A stretch of 64,000 nt of DNA from Schmidtea polychroa (Eukaryota): positions 12,092,001 through 12,156,000 of the forward strand of contig CM097885.1 in NCBI GenBank assembly GCA_044892525.1, given 5' to 3'. Below the pieces are notes generated by a model. That model was not told where the DNA came from. It did not search any database and saw only the letters and a list, made by a program, of their open reading frames with translations. Below, piece after piece: positions 61,506 to 64,000 of the stretch. The translations under genes and the position numbers were made by a program. Positions within the stretch are counted from its first letter, which is position 1. Every line of letters begins with the position of its first letter.

Positions 61506-61917
61506 CTCCAATCAACATACAAAATATTGTCATTATTTGTTCGTTCTGCGTCGATGCTGCAACGTTTCCGAATCCAATTGTTGTAACAAGGGATATCGTA
61601 TAATAAAGAGATGTCAAATACACCATTAAAGTATCGTTAGCGGTAACTGCATCGGAAATGAAGGCCGGATCGAGATTGCGAGAAATTAAAGAAGAATTAA
61701 ACATTCTTGGAATCCATCCATAAAGAATCCCATTTTGTAAATCACTTATTCCAACTTTATACCAAATACATGCTAACCAGTGAGCAAGAATCAAAAATGC
61801 AAATATCATCAGAGCGAGCACAGAAACAACATATTCCAAATACATTTCCATTCTTCGTAAAATTCTAAATAAACGTAACAATCTGGCTACTTTGATATCT
61901 TTGAATACTGAAGAGTT
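61506..61917 (-). CDS. eag: EAG-family K+ channel exon (S4, S5, pore, start of S6)
   Basis: ttcag|AAC...GGAG|gtgag; translates KVARLLRLFRILRR (S4), AHWLACIWY (S5) and TTIGFGNVA (GFG selectivity filter of KCNH channels). Confidence 0.96.
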
Positions 61918-63467
61918 CTGAAATAAATTAATGATAAAAATAAATATCTACAGACAAAGAATAAAGTTATTCAAAAAAACCCACTTGAAAGTCAAAGGGT
62001 GTTTATGAAAGTATCCATTGATAGACATTCAAGTTTATTGCTTTTTTCCATGAGGATATCATAAAAAAGTAGTTGGAATAAAATATTTATTAATAAAAGT
62101 CTTTTTGTTCTTATATGGATATCATTGTAAAAATGTATTTAATTCGATTAATTAAATTATTAATATTTGATTTTTTCTAGATTTTGATTATTAAATTCAC
62201 TCTGATATATTAAGATCACTCTGAATTCACAAATATCCCTCGTGTGGATTTCTCATATCTTTCTTCGTATACCATTTTATTTAAAAAAAGGACTTTGAAA
62301 TAAATCAATCCCTAATATATTATTTATTCATCGTGTGATTATTTCAATACTTTGCCATACACAACAAGTTGGTTTGCAATTATGCACCAAATAAAGTGAG
62401 AAGTAATGAGAAGTAAATAAGAAGTAACTTTTGAAGCATCTTTTTATTTGGAAAACATTAAAAATCTATGAAAGTATGTCTTAAATACTACTTTTTAAAA
62501 CACCAAACATTTTTATAAATGCAATTAAGTTTAAAATTCATACCAAAAGTAGTCAAACAAAACGACTGTAGGCATACTGAAAAAAATAATACATTACTTT
62601 TTCCTGCAAGTAAGTAAAGCAAAGTGCATATTTCCTGGAATATGTGGATGAGTGTAAGTAAAAGGTAATTGCAAAAATATTTAAGTGCACATTAATTAAA
62701 ATTAATCAGAATTCAATAAAGCAAAATTGAAATATAAAAACTAATTTAAAATCAGAAAAATCTATATTTTTCGGCGGAAAGCTAGATATGGGCAGCAAAC
62801 AATAAATTAAAGACAAGGCCGAACAAAGAAGACAGGTAAAAGTTGCTACTTCTAATAGGCTAAAATTATTTTAGTTAAATTTGATATTTAACGTATAATA
62901 ATATATATCATCGTTTTAATAAGTTATATTGTTTTATCTTTGTAAAAGCAAGGTTTGTAAAATAATATCTTAACACTATCAATGTTATGAATGACGTATT
63001 TTTTTAGTATTTATTTACATACATAAGTATGTAAAATACTTACAAGTTTTACTTATTTAATAAATGAGCAGTAGGTTTAAAATATCCATGAACGTAACAA
63101 AGATTGTACAATTAGTATTTCTTCACTAAACATGTACTATTGCATATATACTTGGCGCAGCCCTGGGTAAAGGTAAATATGCTAATTTTAGAACGATAGG
63201 GGTAATGCAATTACAAAATGACAAATTAATCAATTAAAATTGTGTTGACGTCATTAATCATTTTCATAATTTTATTATTGTTTTTCACTTAAAAAATGAA
63301 AAACAAAACCATTTCTATGTTTCCCAGAAATGAATAGTTAATGGCGTAATAAATTAATAAAAGAGAGGAGGATTCGATAAATTTTTCAGTGTGGATTTGT
63401 TAAGTGCTTTTTAAGCTTTAGCCAGATATCGCTTATCATATTTGCAAGAACCTTCGTAATGACTTAC

Positions 63468-63863
63468 TTGATTTGAAGAAGATTGTCCAGTGGTTAAAAG
63501 ATCATACGGCAAACATGATAGAACATCAACAATGAACCATCCTTTGAAGTAGTTGATTCGTATTATTACCGGGTCTGAAACGACTTCTCCGTTTGGTCCA
63601 ACGAAAGTGGTATGAAAGTTTAGTACAATATCAATAAAAAATATGATATCAATTATGCTGTCAACAATAATAAATTTTGTCAGTTCTGAGGTTGTGAACA
63701 AATACGTGAGATAAAGCGGGACCACAATCGCATTATATCCTACTAAAACCAAAATCATCCAGTCCCACATCGTTTTGAATGGAGCATAATGAAGAATTAT
63801 GTGAGGTGGAGTTTTTGGAGTTTCTTGCTTGTAAAGGGGTAAATCTTCCATTAAATTGTCGAT
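63468..63863 (-). CDS. eag: EAG-family K+ channel exon (S1-S3)
   Basis: tctag|ATC...CAA|gtaagt; translates LPLYKQETPKTPPHIILHY...WDWMIL...DIVLNFHTTFVGPNGEVVSDP...WFIVDVLSCLPYD. Confidence 0.96.
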
Positions 63864-63903
63864 CTAGAAATAAATAATAATGGGCTTCATTATATTATTT
63901 TAC

Positions 63904-64000
63904 TTCTTCAAACTTGGGAAACTCGTTTTTCATGAATTCATCCATTGAAATTGTGTGATTTTGATCTGATTTCGGGCCGTTTTCTATTGGGTAATTTCCC
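63904..64000 (-). CDS. eag: Probable upstream exon of the channel (partial, runs off the window)
   Basis: Open frame GNYPIENGPKSDQNHTISMDEFMKNEFPKFEE ending GAA|gtaaaa in phase 0, giving a 40-bp intron compatible with the next exon. No recognisable conserved motif. Confidence 0.55.

Overview
Very AT-rich eukaryotic genomic DNA. It looks like an invertebrate; planarian is my guess from composition, ~40-50 bp introns and repeat content, but it is not proven. The only intact host gene is the 3' part of a multi-exon EAG-subfamily (Kv10/KCNH) potassium channel on the minus strand (48955 to >64000). The main feature is a 16.6-kb, essentially non-coding palindrome (2256-18853). It has Polinton/Maverick-type AGTAG...CTACT ends, a perfect 6-bp target-site duplication (CTAAAT), two ~7.7-7.9-kb inverted arms, a ~1-kb spacer, and a nested 3.1-kb TIR element in each arm. 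The window also contains several hammerhead-ribozyme-like motifs: a two-ribozyme retrozyme-like unit, and a dispersed fold-back repeat family with a U3-A8 variant core. Other features are a decayed Penelope-like retroelement with inverted terminal repeats, two 18S rRNA pseudogene fragments, Gypsy, pogo and piggyBac remnants, several hAT, piggyBac and MULE-like MITEs, and many microsatellites. All alignments were done by eye and no database searches were run.
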